From an uncultured Dehalococcoidales bacterium (GTDB lineage Bacteria; Chloroflexota; Dehalococcoidia; GIF9; AB-539-J10): a stretch of DNA of 64,000 bases. The stretch is from positions 158,390 through 222,389 of the forward strand of contig CAZPGJ010000001.1 of assembly GCA_964586515.1 (NCBI GenBank). The letters are read 5' to 3'. The stretch's first letter is position 1. The number at the start of each line of letters is the position of its first letter. The translations under genes and the position numbers were made by a program. The notes beneath the pieces are model-generated. The model saw nothing but the letters and a program-made list of their open reading frames with translations. It searched no databases and was not told the origin of the DNA. Below are positions 43,271 to 52,060 of the stretch, in pieces.

Positions 43271-43278
43271 GTGCTGGG
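43251..43278. repeat. Copy 3 of the CCCAGCACTCA palindrome family (CCCAGCACTCAGC-g-TGCTGAGTGCTGGG) between convergent mcm-B12 and pyrD; putative bidirectional terminator
   Basis: 13-bp stem. It supplies the C-terminal residues and stop of the plus gene and sits 8 nt from the stop of the minus gene. Confidence 0.65.
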
Positions 43279-44203
43279 CAACGCCAATAAGGTCAGTGAG
43301 ATTCTCCACCCCCCTGTCCAGCATAAAATGCTCTATTCCCTCCAGTATAGTAAGACAGATATCAGGACTGGTCAGGTTAGCTGTGCCAATCTGTATAGCC
43401 GTAGCTCCAGCCATAATAAACTCCAAGGCGTCCTCAGCACAAGCAATGCCGCCACATCCTATCACTGGAATACGAACCACCTTGGCTGCTTCGAACACCA
43501 TATAAAGAGCCACAGGCTTGATAGCGGGACCAGAAAGCCCGCCTGCAATATTCCCCAAGCGTGACTTCCGTTGGTCTATATCAATTGCCATGCCCTTCAG
43601 CGTGTTAATCAGAGATATGGCATCAGCTCCAGCTTCTTCCACGGCTAAAGCGATTTCCTTAATATCGGTCACATTGGGGCTCAACTTAACGATAACCGGT
43701 AAGCTGGTAGCAGCTTTAACCGCCGAAGTTACCTGTGCGGCAAGCTTGGGGGCGACACCAAATTCCATCCCACCTGTGGGAACATTGGGGCAGCTGATAT
43801 TTAGCTCAATGCCGCTGACCCCGGGCACGCCTTCTAACTTGCCTGTCACAGCCACATATTCGTCTATTGTCTCCCCGGCAACATTAACAATAACAGGAAC
43901 CCGCCACCCTGCCCACACAGGCGCTTTTTCTTCAATCAGCGCGTCGACACCGATATTTTCCAAGCCTACCGAATTAAGCAGACCACTAGCGGTTTCCACC
44001 AGTCGTGGTTGGGCATTACCCTTTTTGGGCATAAGGGTCGTCCCTTTACAGACAATAGCGCCCAACTTTTGTATATCAGCAATTTCAGCATACTCTGTGC
44101 CATAGCCAGCTATGCCAGCGGCTATCATCACAGGATTAGATAAGATTAGTCCCTCAGGGTGCCGGGGGGCTAACTGCACGCAGAGGTTGGGTAAGTTTCT
44201 CAT
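43259..44203 (-). CDS. pyrD: Dihydroorotate dehydrogenase catalytic subunit (class 1B, PyrD)
   Basis: Class-1 DHODH motifs (NxxGLxN, catalytic Cys region NISCPN, FMN-binding [28 protein letters not shown]). Confidence 0.85.
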   Translation of the reverse strand: MRNLPNLCVQLAPRHPEGLILSNPVMIAAGIAGYGTEYAEIADIQKLGAIVCKGTTLMPKKGNAQPRLVETASGLLNSVGLENIGVDALIEEKAPVWAGWRVPVIVNVAGETIDEYVAVTGKLEGVPGVSGIELNISCPNVPTGGMEFGVAPKLAAQVTSAVKAATSLPVIVKLSPNVTDIKEIALAVEEAGADAISLINTLKGMAIDIDQRKSRLGNIAGGLSGPAIKPVALYMVFEAAKVVRIPVIGCGGIACAEDALEFIMAGATAIQIGTANLTSPDICLTILEGIEHFMLDRGVENLTDLIGVAQHSAR

Positions 44204-44348
44204 TGCTTAAAACTTTATCACTGCTCAGGGCAAAAAAGAAAGGACTAAATTAACCCAAAAAGTCTGGCGACTTTTTGGGTACCCTAAGTAAAATTTGATT
44301 CCAAATTAACGGGCCCCCACGAAAATCACAAGATTTTCATGGAGTGGT

Positions 44349-45086
44349 TTAACCAAGGGGCACAATTCTCACCCTGCCCCAGACGCCCATCTTGTCGCCT
44401 ACAATAATAACTACACCACGTAGCCCCTGGATACTCTGGGCTTTTTCAATTGCTTTAGGAATATCATCAGCAGCCTTGACTATATTGCCCAGCGCTGTGG
44501 CTGCAGCGTCAGCTAAAGCTGCCGAGGATGAAAGGGCAATAACGGCATCAGCGCTGCCCAGACTTAAAGAATGTCCTACGGTTCCTGAGGACGTACATAT
44601 GCCCAATGGTGTTTCTCGTGGCATGATTTCCAGGGCAAATTTTTTGGTAAAAGCGGATTGCCCGGCATAGATGCCCACCAGCCGCTTCTTAGATATTTTC
44701 AGAAAAATATCGCCACCATTCTCCACAATCACCTCCGGCGAGAAAGCGAGCAAATCCCTGCCTACTGCTTCAGCAATGGCGCCAGCTACCGCTGCCATAG
44801 GACCAACACCTGTTAATTGAGATACCCTGGCCATCTCCTTGACGATGGCCGGGGCTTCAGCTTCAGCTTCATAACTGTCCAACGTCGTCAGGAAAAGAGG
44901 ATGCCGCCCAATATATGCCTCTAGAGAGCCACGGTGCTTTAGCACGGAATCACGAGCTTTATTCCTTAGATTACGCCGGGAGCGGATGTATAGGTCTGTT
45001 TGCTTTACCGCTACCTCAAAAGAAACCAAATCGCTGTCTTTAATCCAGTGGCGGTAGAAACGTGGCTCATGCATGGTCAGATACAA
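44349..45086 (-). CDS. Conserved protein of the UPF0280/COG2122-like (ApbE-superfamily) type, which is associated with sulfide-dependent homocysteine biosynthesis in methanogens
   Basis: 245 aa with a glycine-rich pattern. Located in an apparent operon with the NIL-ferredoxin and COG1900 genes; family assignment is from memory of the pattern. Confidence 0.4.
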   Translation of the reverse strand: MYLTMHEPRFYRHWIKDSDLVSFEVAVKQTDLYIRSRRNLRNKARDSVLKHRGSLEAYIGRHPLFLTTLDSYEAEAEAPAIVKEMARVSQLTGVGPMAAVAGAIAEAVGRDLLAFSPEVIVENGGDIFLKISKKRLVGIYAGQSAFTKKFALEIMPRETPLGICTSSGTVGHSLSLGSADAVIALSSSAALADAAATALGNIVKAADDIPKAIEKAQSIQGLRGVVIIVGDKMGVWGRVRIVPLG

Positions 45087-45224
45087 AATCCTAATTTCTA
45101 ATCTCTAAATCCTAAACAAATTCCTTCAGAATGCAAAATGCAAAGTGACAGAGCAAAAGTCAAAAATTGTTGTATTTGGATTTGTCATTTTTATTTTTGA
45201 CCTTTGATTTTTGAATTTCAGTGG
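45087..45224 (+). repeat. AT-rich intergenic repeat (aaatcctaaacaaattcc; caaaatgcaaagtgacagagcaaaagtcaaaaat; ttgtcatttttatttttgacctttgatttttgaattt)
   Basis: An ~80-bp core homologous to 50385-50460; the aaatcctaaacaaattcc motif is identical to that at 47760. Confidence 0.6.
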
Positions 45225-45635
45225 TCAGAAATACAATATCATCGCCCGAGGAGGGCAAGCCTTGACACACAGTCCGCAGACAACACACTTATTATGGTCA
45301 AAGAGCACTTTCCTGGTTCTTGGCTCCAGAGCAAAAGCCTCGGCGGGGCAAATGGTGATACAAGCTCCGCAATGAGTGCACTTGGATTCGTCACGGACAA
45401 CATCCTGGCTTAAGGACTGGATTTCTACCCCACTCTCGGTGATGTATTTGATGCCCTCATCGTAGTTTTTCTGCTCACCGCTAAGCTCCATGACCAGCAA
45501 CCCTTCTTGTCCTGGTGATATTGAAGCTTTAATGATATTAAAGGTGAGGCCAAAATCCTTAACCAGGCGGCAAACGACTGGCTGCCCTGTCATATTGGGC
45601 GGGAAGTGAAGCACTATTCTTCGGGAGACATTCAT
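45225..45635 (-). CDS. NIL-domain / 4Fe-4S ferredoxin fusion protein (MA1822-type homocysteine-biosynthesis partner)
   Basis: N-terminal NIL domain (…FNIIKASI…) and two CxxCxxCxxxCP ferredoxin motifs (CTHCGACITICP, CVVCGLCVKACP). Confidence 0.7.
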   Translation of the reverse strand: MNVSRRIVLHFPPNMTGQPVVCRLVKDFGLTFNIIKASISPGQEGLLVMELSGEQKNYDEGIKYITESGVEIQSLSQDVVRDESKCTHCGACITICPAEAFALEPRTRKVLFDHNKCVVCGLCVKACPPRAMILYF

Positions 45636-45758
45636 CTCTATAAAATCCTAAACTATAAATAAATCCAAATATCAAAATCCAAATGACAAGTAAAGTCCAA
45701 ATGTCTAAATGCCAAAACCACTCCCCTTTATCATTTGAGCTTTGTCATTTGTCATTGT
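45636..45758 (+). repeat. AT-rich intergenic repeat (aaaatcctaaac; atcaaaatccaaatgacaag; tttgtcatttgtcattg)
   Basis: Shares motifs with the spacers at 45087 and 47752. Confidence 0.5.
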
Positions 45759-46964
45759 TCAAGATATTGGTCTTTCCTTAAGTGGCTTAAAGGTTATGCC
45801 TGATTCCACTCCAGGCAAGGCAGCCACGGGCTCGGTAAGCAAAAACTCACCCTTTTCTATCCACTTTTTCAAGATACTAGCAATTTCCACCGCTTTAGGA
45901 TAGCTAGACAAGGAAGCTGTGGGCACATCTTTGCCCTGAACCTTTATAAAACCGCTCTTGAGTTCAGCGTAGCTAACCTCTCCCAGGATATCTGGCTTCA
46001 TCTGGGGATAAGCCTCGGAATAGTCCACGATGGGAGCCAAGATGTCAGCATCGCCTACCATCGTATAGCGCAGAATCTCCTCGGAAAGTATGGGGATCGG
46101 GACACCTATGCCCACAGTTAATGTGCAGCCGTAACCGAGCATGCTTGTCCCGACCAGCCATTCCGGCTTCATCTGCTTTAAGTCCCCAATCACAGCCAGC
46201 GTCCCTGCTCCCCGCCGCGGCACACCATTGTCTCCCCTGAGAGCAGTGGGATTATGCTGCGTACCATGCCAGGCCACATAACCTACTCCGCCGCCCAAGA
46301 AAATCTTTGTCCCCACACCTATAGTCTTATAGTAGGGGTCGTTCAACAGCGGTGAGAGTTGCCCCGCTGTAGAGTAGTCAGCGTTCCCCAAATTCGGCTT
46401 AAGCACCCCCATATAGGTATAGATAACCTTATCGGAGAGGTTCACCGCCACATTATAGTTCTGGTAGGCATTTCTGAGATTAAATAGAATCGCCTCATTT
46501 ATGTCCTTAATGTTAATCAGGGTCTCCAGCTTTTTCCGGGGGTAGCAGTCCGTTCCAAAAGCGGTGGCGGTAAGTATTACGTCTTTCCCTGCTACCAGCT
46601 CCTCGATTACATGTCCCCCACCATAATTGAACTCCCCCGGATAGAACTTATTCCTGGGGTCATCATCGGGAAGAGCAGTGGCCCCGAGGAAAATATCCAC
46701 AGCAGCTATCCCGGTATAGACCGGAACATCATTAAGGTAAACCTTGCCGCCGCCAAGTTTTATCCTCGGCCTGGAGTGTCCAATATTGAAGAAGGCACCA
46801 GACCCGCACATGGGGCTGAAGGTGCCAGTGGTAACTACATCAATCTCCTCGGCCGCCTTGCTTACGCCTTTTTCCTTAGCGATGTTAATCACTTCCTCGG
46901 CAGTCACCACGACAGCCTTACCTTTTCTGATTTTCTCATTGATTTCAGTTATCGTCTTTGCCAT
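45759..46964 (-). CDS. DUF39/COG1900-family protein (MA1821-type sulfide-dependent homocysteine biosynthesis enzyme)
   Basis: 401 aa with DUF39-like conserved blocks (GTFSPMCGSGAFFN; GGGHVIEEL). Operon with the NIL-ferredoxin gene. Confidence 0.65.
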   Translation of the reverse strand: MAKTITEINEKIRKGKAVVVTAEEVINIAKEKGVSKAAEEIDVVTTGTFSPMCGSGAFFNIGHSRPRIKLGGGKVYLNDVPVYTGIAAVDIFLGATALPDDDPRNKFYPGEFNYGGGHVIEELVAGKDVILTATAFGTDCYPRKKLETLINIKDINEAILFNLRNAYQNYNVAVNLSDKVIYTYMGVLKPNLGNADYSTAGQLSPLLNDPYYKTIGVGTKIFLGGGVGYVAWHGTQHNPTALRGDNGVPRRGAGTLAVIGDLKQMKPEWLVGTSMLGYGCTLTVGIGVPIPILSEEILRYTMVGDADILAPIVDYSEAYPQMKPDILGEVSYAELKSGFIKVQGKDVPTASLSSYPKAVEIASILKKWIEKGEFLLTEPVAALPGVESGITFKPLKERPIS

Positions 46965-46977
46965 AGCAAATTTAACC

Positions 46978-47751
46978 TTATTTAAGCAACTCCATAGCTA
47001 CCCGGGCAGCCTTTTTACCGGATAAAAGCATGCCACCAAAAATGGCTCCCATCCTCGGGGAACCAAAAACGGCGTTCGCTGTCATACCAGCGACTACCAA
47101 CCCGGGATAGACTTCCCTGGTGTTTTTCAATATTTCTCTTTCCCCTCTTTCAGCCCACATGGACTTCTCTCCCATAACTTCCCCCGTCTTCGTCCTTAGC
47201 TTCGGCCCTATCTTCTTCACCACGATACGGCAGACTTCAGCGTCATGCCCGGTGGCATCTACAGCCACCTTGCACCTCACAGTTAGAGGGTCCACATGCA
47301 GCTTCGACCACGAAACAGCGCTCCAATTCAAAACAAGCCCGCTTATTCTGTCATCTTCCCGAACCATGACATCTTCAACGTTAATCAAATTGAAAATCTT
47401 CGCCCCTGCTTTTATAGCCCGTGAGCAGATAGTCGAAATGGCTTCCAGCGAATCAGCGACATAATACCCTTTTTCATATTCCTTAGCTGAAACTTCAAAT
47501 TCATCCAATACCCGCTTGCCTTTTTCCTGAAGGACGATGCGGTTAAACATCATCCCTCCCCCAGACATGCCGCCGCCCACACGAAGCTGCCTTTCGAATA
47601 CTATCACCTTTATTCCCTCTTTCGCCAGGTAGTATGCAGTAACAAGCCCAGCCGGCCCCGCCCCAGCTACAGCAACATCCACCTCCATCGCCCTCATGAG
47701 GTCCTTCATGTAGCTTTCAACAATGGCACGGGAAATAATAACTTCATCCAT
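46978..47751 (-). CDS. thi4: Thiazole synthase Thi4 (archaeal/eukaryotic type; FAD-binding)
   Basis: ORF 46978..47790. Dinucleotide-binding GAGPAGL and a Thi4 family pattern (VDATGHDAEV...PGLVVAGM). Start could be 47790 or the internal Met at 47751. Confidence 0.75.
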   Translation of the reverse strand: MDEVIISRAIVESYMKDLMRAMEVDVAVAGAGPAGLVTAYYLAKEGIKVIVFERQLRVGGGMSGGGMMFNRIVLQEKGKRVLDEFEVSAKEYEKGYYVADSLEAISTICSRAIKAGAKIFNLINVEDVMVREDDRISGLVLNWSAVSWSKLHVDPLTVRCKVAVDATGHDAEVCRIVVKKIGPKLRTKTGEVMGEKSMWAERGEREILKNTREVYPGLVVAGMTANAVFGSPRMGAIFGGMLLSGKKAARVAMELLK

Positions 47752-47890
47752 AATCCTAAATCCTAAACAAATTCCAAATCCTAATTCCAAAATTCAAAAT
47801 CTTCTTGTTTCGGGTATTTGAGTTTTGATGAGAGGAATTAAATTTTTCCTTTCTTTTGTTTAGTATTTCGTATTTAGTGCTTAGAATTTT
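47752..47890 (+). repeat. AT-rich intergenic repeat (taatcctaaatcctaaacaaattccaaatcctaattccaaaattcaaaat...)
   Basis: The aaatcctaaacaaattcc block is identical to that at 45100. Confidence 0.5.
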
Positions 47891-47994
47891 CTCCCTTAGT
47901 TGACCTCACTTTAGCTACTGAAGCGGCGGTTTGGAAGAGGTGCTAGCCAGTATACCTCTATTGGCCAGCAATGTCTAGTCATTTGGGGTTTTTG

Positions 47995-48116
47995 TCAATG
48001 CGAGCCCTTTCTCTTTCGTCATTGCGGGCCCCGACTTATCGGGGTGTGGCAATCTCTGGGATTGCGGAGCCTGTTCCGAAGCATAAGCGAGGAAGCTCGT
48101 CAGCCTCGCAATGACA
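47995..48116 (+). repeat. Compound TIR element: GTCAATGCGAG...GTCATTGCGGG...GGCAATCTC...CTCGCAATGAC
   Basis: Terminal inverted motifs of the GTCATTGCGAG family with an internal degenerate copy. Confidence 0.6.
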
Positions 48117-48207
48117 AGAGGCAGGTGGTTAAAAAATAGCGGTGCCCCAAGCTAACTCAGGAACACCCCGGGCCTATCAATAGGCTACGGCCATTGCCCT
48201 GGGTGCT

Positions 48208-49788
48208 TTAAGGCTTGTGGTGGTTGATTACGTTCTGCGGTATTACGAGGGGCTTCGTGCCGTTGTACGCAAAGTTCCAGCAGCCGTACTGGTCAGTCAA
48301 CGCCTTGTCGTATTCGTCTCCGAAATACATCGGCCAGACGCCGACTTTCTTCCACTGACCAGCCGTTGCATCCCACTGCCACTGCGCGCCAATGCCAGTC
48401 AAGCGGCCAGGACCATAAACCAGGTCATGAGTGGTGTGTGGTGGCATTGTCCAGTCCTTCGCGTCATACGTATAAGTAGTATTATAACTACCAAGGTCGT
48501 ACAGTGAGCCTACTTGAGCCTCTGTCAGTGCCGGTTTCCCGGCAGCCGTAGTTCCCGGCCTGGGATAATAGGTGGTCAAGCCAGTCGTGGTTACCTGAGC
48601 GTTTGCCGGGCCTTCCAGCCACTTAATAATGTCATCAGCCCGTGCATATGCAGTTCCGTTAACCGCGTTGTACCATGCCACTGCTTCGATGGCCGCTTTC
48701 AGACCAAAAAGCGCATCATAGGTAGCCGCGGTATCGAGTGGGTACTCTCCTCCAGAAGCGGTCATGAACGCAGAAAGGAAAGCTGCTGTCTTCGAGGTCT
48801 GGTTTAAGCCTTCCGCCCAGGTATCCAGTACAACCTCATAAGCACAAGCAGGGCCACCAGGGGGGGCTGCGGTAAGGTTGCCGGCACCCCAAGGGCTCTT
48901 AAGCTGGGCCATTACGTTAAAGCCTACCGACATAGCATTCGGTACATAAGATGCACGCAGTTTATCATAGAGAACGCCAGCATTCGCGGAGAATACAGGG
49001 ATGATAAACTCGGGATCTAAGCCTGCTATCGAGGTCAGCACACTCTGCATTTCCGCCGTGTTTCCCGTTGCATCCACCCAATATGGGTCGTGGACAAGAG
49101 TCACGTTTATACCCCCTAGCAGTCCCTCAATATCTACTACTTGCTCATAGGCCCAGGGCAAATTGTCAGCGACTATGGTGGCATTCAACGTACAATTAGC
49201 CGCTACTCCCATTTTCTCCCTGAGCTTTATTGCGACCGCTCCCAGTATCCTCACAAGGCTCTGGCTTGAAAAATACTCGTTGTACGGCGTGCCCTTGAAC
49301 CAGAACCGGTAGCCCGGGTAATCGTCGACTACGCTGTGCTGGAGCGCCTCGGCGGCAACACCACAGTCGATGAAAATCACCCCCTTCTCCATAGCCACAT
49401 TGCGGTAGACCTCAACGGCTTTTGTCTGTAAACCCCCGAGGATGAAGTCCACGTCATCGTCGTCTATCGCTGTCGTAAGAGCCGATACGCCAGTGAGACC
49501 AGCAGGGTCCACGGTCTCTTCACCGGTCTCTATGGGAACCAACTCCAAGATATAGGACACGCCGCCTATGTCTACCCCGCCATTGCGGTTGATTGCATCC
49601 TGTGCCAGCGTGGCACCTGTCCATTGCATCGCGCCAGCTGTGCAGTTCTGGTCGCCAGCTATACCGATATCAATTTTCCCACCTCGGAAGGCATAGAGTA
49701 CTGGCTCGAGTTTCTCTGCACTACAGCCCGGGAGTGCCAACCCTATCACCAAAAGACTGGCCATAATCAGGAAAACAATTTTTTTCAC
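48208..49788 (-). CDS. Solute-binding lipoprotein of an ABC transporter (type I periplasmic binding fold, LivJ-like); signal peptide with lipobox LPGCS
   Basis: N-terminal MKKIVFLIMASLLVIGLALPGCS, a large PBP1-like body, and no adjacent permease or ATPase genes. Confidence 0.6.
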   Translation of the reverse strand: MKKIVFLIMASLLVIGLALPGCSAEKLEPVLYAFRGGKIDIGIAGDQNCTAGAMQWTGATLAQDAINRNGGVDIGGVSYILELVPIETGEETVDPAGLTGVSALTTAIDDDDVDFILGGLQTKAVEVYRNVAMEKGVIFIDCGVAAEALQHSVVDDYPGYRFWFKGTPYNEYFSSQSLVRILGAVAIKLREKMGVAANCTLNATIVADNLPWAYEQVVDIEGLLGGINVTLVHDPYWVDATGNTAEMQSVLTSIAGLDPEFIIPVFSANAGVLYDKLRASYVPNAMSVGFNVMAQLKSPWGAGNLTAAPPGGPACAYEVVLDTWAEGLNQTSKTAAFLSAFMTASGGEYPLDTAATYDALFGLKAAIEAVAWYNAVNGTAYARADDIIKWLEGPANAQVTTTGLTTYYPRPGTTAAGKPALTEAQVGSLYDLGSYNTTYTYDAKDWTMPPHTTHDLVYGPGRLTGIGAQWQWDATAGQWKKVGVWPMYFGDEYDKALTDQYGCWNFAYNGTKPLVIPQNVINHHKP

Positions 49789-49989
49789 TGCACATCAATT
49801 TCCTTTTTAGCTTGTAGTTGCTTGATTCATTAAGCTAACCACTGGTGCTGGAAGAAACTGGTCAACAACCAGTTACTTCCAGCAACTTAATCCTTATACA
49901 CTATATCACAAAACTATCTCCTTCTTTACCTCTGGTCTCCAGATTCTTGTAGTTGCCTGATTTACCAGCCAGGCCCCGCCCGATTTTTT

Positions 49990-50066
49990 GTCATTGCGAG
50001 CGAAGCGTGGCACTTTCATTAACCCTTCCATGAGATTGCTTCGGCTGACTTCGTCAGCCTCGCAAC
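49990..50066 (+). repeat. TIR element copy (GTCATTGCGAGCGAAGCGTGGCA...GATTGCTTCGGCTGACTTCGTCAGCCTCGCAA)
   Basis: Carries the family termini plus an internal palindrome GGCTGAC-ttc-GTCAGCC. Confidence 0.65.
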
Positions 50067-50193
50067 AACAGAAGAGGTTATCAATGCAAAAACCAATTAA
50101 ATCATAACATTTAAATATTAAGATTCTATTAAATTTAGGGGGATGTGACATCTTTTTATAGCGGCTGGAGAGGAAAGAGAATCTCCACTCCCC

Positions 50194-50346
50194 CGTCATT
50201 GCGGGCCCTTTGCCTTTTGTCATTCTGAGCCGAAGGCGAAGAATCTCACTTCTTCTCAGGCATGTCCTGAGCGAAGTCGAAGGAGTAAACTCCGCGTGGC
50301 AATCCTCCGGAATTGCTTCGGCTGACTTCGTCAGCCCCGCAATGAC
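50194..50346 (+). repeat. Nested compound TIR element (outer GTCATTGCGGG...CCCGCAATGAC; inner GTCATTCTGAGCCGAAGGCGAAGAATCTCA and ...GGCAATCC...GATTGCTTCGGCTGACTTCGTCAGCC)
   Basis: Read directly. It is the second unit of a tandem pair with 49990-50066. Confidence 0.65.
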
Positions 50347-50379
50347 AGAAGGGGGGTTGTCAATGCAAAATGCAAAACT

Positions 50380-50470
50380 AAAGGTGCAAAACGACGGAGC
50401 AAAGGTTAAATGCTTTGCGTTTTGAGTTGTCATTTTGATTTTTGACCTCTAACTTTTGAATTGTAACATC
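50380..50470 (+). repeat. AT-rich repeat copy (caaaatgcaaaactaaaggtgcaaaacgacggagcaaaggt...gtcattttgatttttgacctctaacttttgaatt), homologous to 45120-45220
   Basis: About 80 bp alignable with the copy upstream of the NIL-ferredoxin gene. Confidence 0.6.
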
Positions 50471-50614
50471 TAAATGCTAAAATTCCGTTAAGATTTATGG
50501 AGATGTGGCAATTTTATAGTGGCTGAGGTAGTAGAGGGGGGAATACATCCTCGCCTGTCCTCTCCCTTTAAAAGAGAGGGATTCCCATGGAGATTTTTGG
50601 TCATACTGTAATAG

Positions 50615-51979
50615 TTATCTCTTATACTTCCATCTTGTTCCTTGAGGGGTATCTTCAAGGGTTACTCCTAAATCGGCCAATCCACTTCTAATTTTATCGG
50701 CTAGCTGCCACTGCTGGTTTTGACGCAAATCATCCCTGGTGGATGCCAGGAGACTGATAAATGCTTCAGCGTCGGGTGTGGGCTGTGTCTTTTCCTTTAA
50801 AGTAAGACCTAGGATGCCTGCTAGCTTCAGTAGGGTATACTGCGCTTCAGTTATATTTGCACCCTGTTCAGCGCCCCGGCTTATTTCCCTCGTCAATTCG
50901 AAGAGCACTGCTATTGCCTGCGCAGTATTGAAGTCATCGTCCATGGCTTCGACAAATTTCTGCTCAAAAGGTTCCGTGTTGAGTATAGCAACTCTCTCGT
51001 CTGCATTAGCTCGATTGGTCAATGCCCAACGTAGTTTTTCTGCGCCCCTCTCGTTTGCTTCCAGAGCCTCTTCACTATAGGTAAGTGGACTTCTATAATT
51101 CGAGCTAAGGATAAAAAGGCGAATAGCATCAGGGCTAAAGCGCTCTAATATGTCTCTGACATTTACTAAATTACCAGTGGACTTACTCATTTTTTGCTTA
51201 TCCTGCTGCATCAACCCACTATGTAGCCAATATCGAACAAAAGGAGTCTCCTGGGTAAAGCTCTCTGATTGAGCTATTTCATTCTCGTGATGAGGGAAGA
51301 TGAGGTCTTGCCCGCCACCATGGATATCAATAGTGGCGCCGAGGTATTTTAATGCCATGGCACTGCACTCTATGTGCCACCCTGGTCTGCCTTTGCCCCA
51401 AGGGCTATCCCAGAAGGGTTCCCCAGGCTTTGACGCCTTCCATAAGGCGAAATCTAGCGGGTATTCCTTGTTTGCTTCACAATAAGTAGCCTTCGGAATC
51501 ATCTCTGCCAGGTTTCGGTGACTCAGTTTGCCATAGTCGGGAAAATTCCTGACGCGGAAATAAACACTTCCCTCAAACTCGTAAGCGTAACCTTTAGCAA
51601 GCAGACTTTGTATAATTTCAATAACTTTTGGTATTTCTTCGGTTGCCCTGGGATAGACATCCGCTCGCTCTACGTTTAATGCATCCATATTAGCAAAGTA
51701 CTGGTCAATGTATTTATTGGCCAGTTCTGCTGGCAGCATCCCCAACTGGTTGGCATGCTCTATAATCTTATTGTCTATGTCGGTAAAGTTTTGTACGTGT
51801 TTAACTTTATAGCCTTTGAATCCTAGATAGCGTTTGATTACATCAAAGATTATATAAGTCATGGCGTGCCCGATATGGCTTTCGTCGTAAGCGGTAATCC
51901 CACAGACATACATGGTTACCACTTCGCTGCGGGGATGAAAATCTTCCTTTTGTCCGGTTAAAGTATTAAATACTTTCAT
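50615..51979 (-). CDS. cysS: Cysteine--tRNA ligase
   Basis: ORF 50615..52015. Class-I HIGH (HIGHAMT) and KMSKS motifs and a zinc-binding Cys set. The start is probably the internal Met (MKVFNTL...). Confidence 0.9.
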   Translation of the reverse strand: MKVFNTLTGQKEDFHPRSEVVTMYVCGITAYDESHIGHAMTYIIFDVIKRYLGFKGYKVKHVQNFTDIDNKIIEHANQLGMLPAELANKYIDQYFANMDALNVERADVYPRATEEIPKVIEIIQSLLAKGYAYEFEGSVYFRVRNFPDYGKLSHRNLAEMIPKATYCEANKEYPLDFALWKASKPGEPFWDSPWGKGRPGWHIECSAMALKYLGATIDIHGGGQDLIFPHHENEIAQSESFTQETPFVRYWLHSGLMQQDKQKMSKSTGNLVNVRDILERFSPDAIRLFILSSNYRSPLTYSEEALEANERGAEKLRWALTNRANADERVAILNTEPFEQKFVEAMDDDFNTAQAIAVLFELTREISRGAEQGANITEAQYTLLKLAGILGLTLKEKTQPTPDAEAFISLLASTRDDLRQNQQWQLADKIRSGLADLGVTLEDTPQGTRWKYKR

Positions 51980-52060
51980 CTCTTTTCCCCAGAGGGTGAC
52001 TGACAACCGTCTCACTCTTATTCAGCGAATCACATCTCAGGTCGGCTAAATTTTCAAAAC

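Noticed and set aside
43518-44105. 195-aa plus-strand ORF, plus 43271-43564 and 43296-43505
   Set aside because: Antisense to pyrD; the Ala/Ser/Thr-rich translation is typical of reverse-frame reading of a GC-rich gene.
49906-50433. 175-aa minus-strand ORF in the cysS/binding-protein spacer
   Set aside because: It is composed almost entirely of the nested TIR repeats and AT-rich repeat units, with no codon-usage or homology support. I treated it as non-coding repeat DNA.
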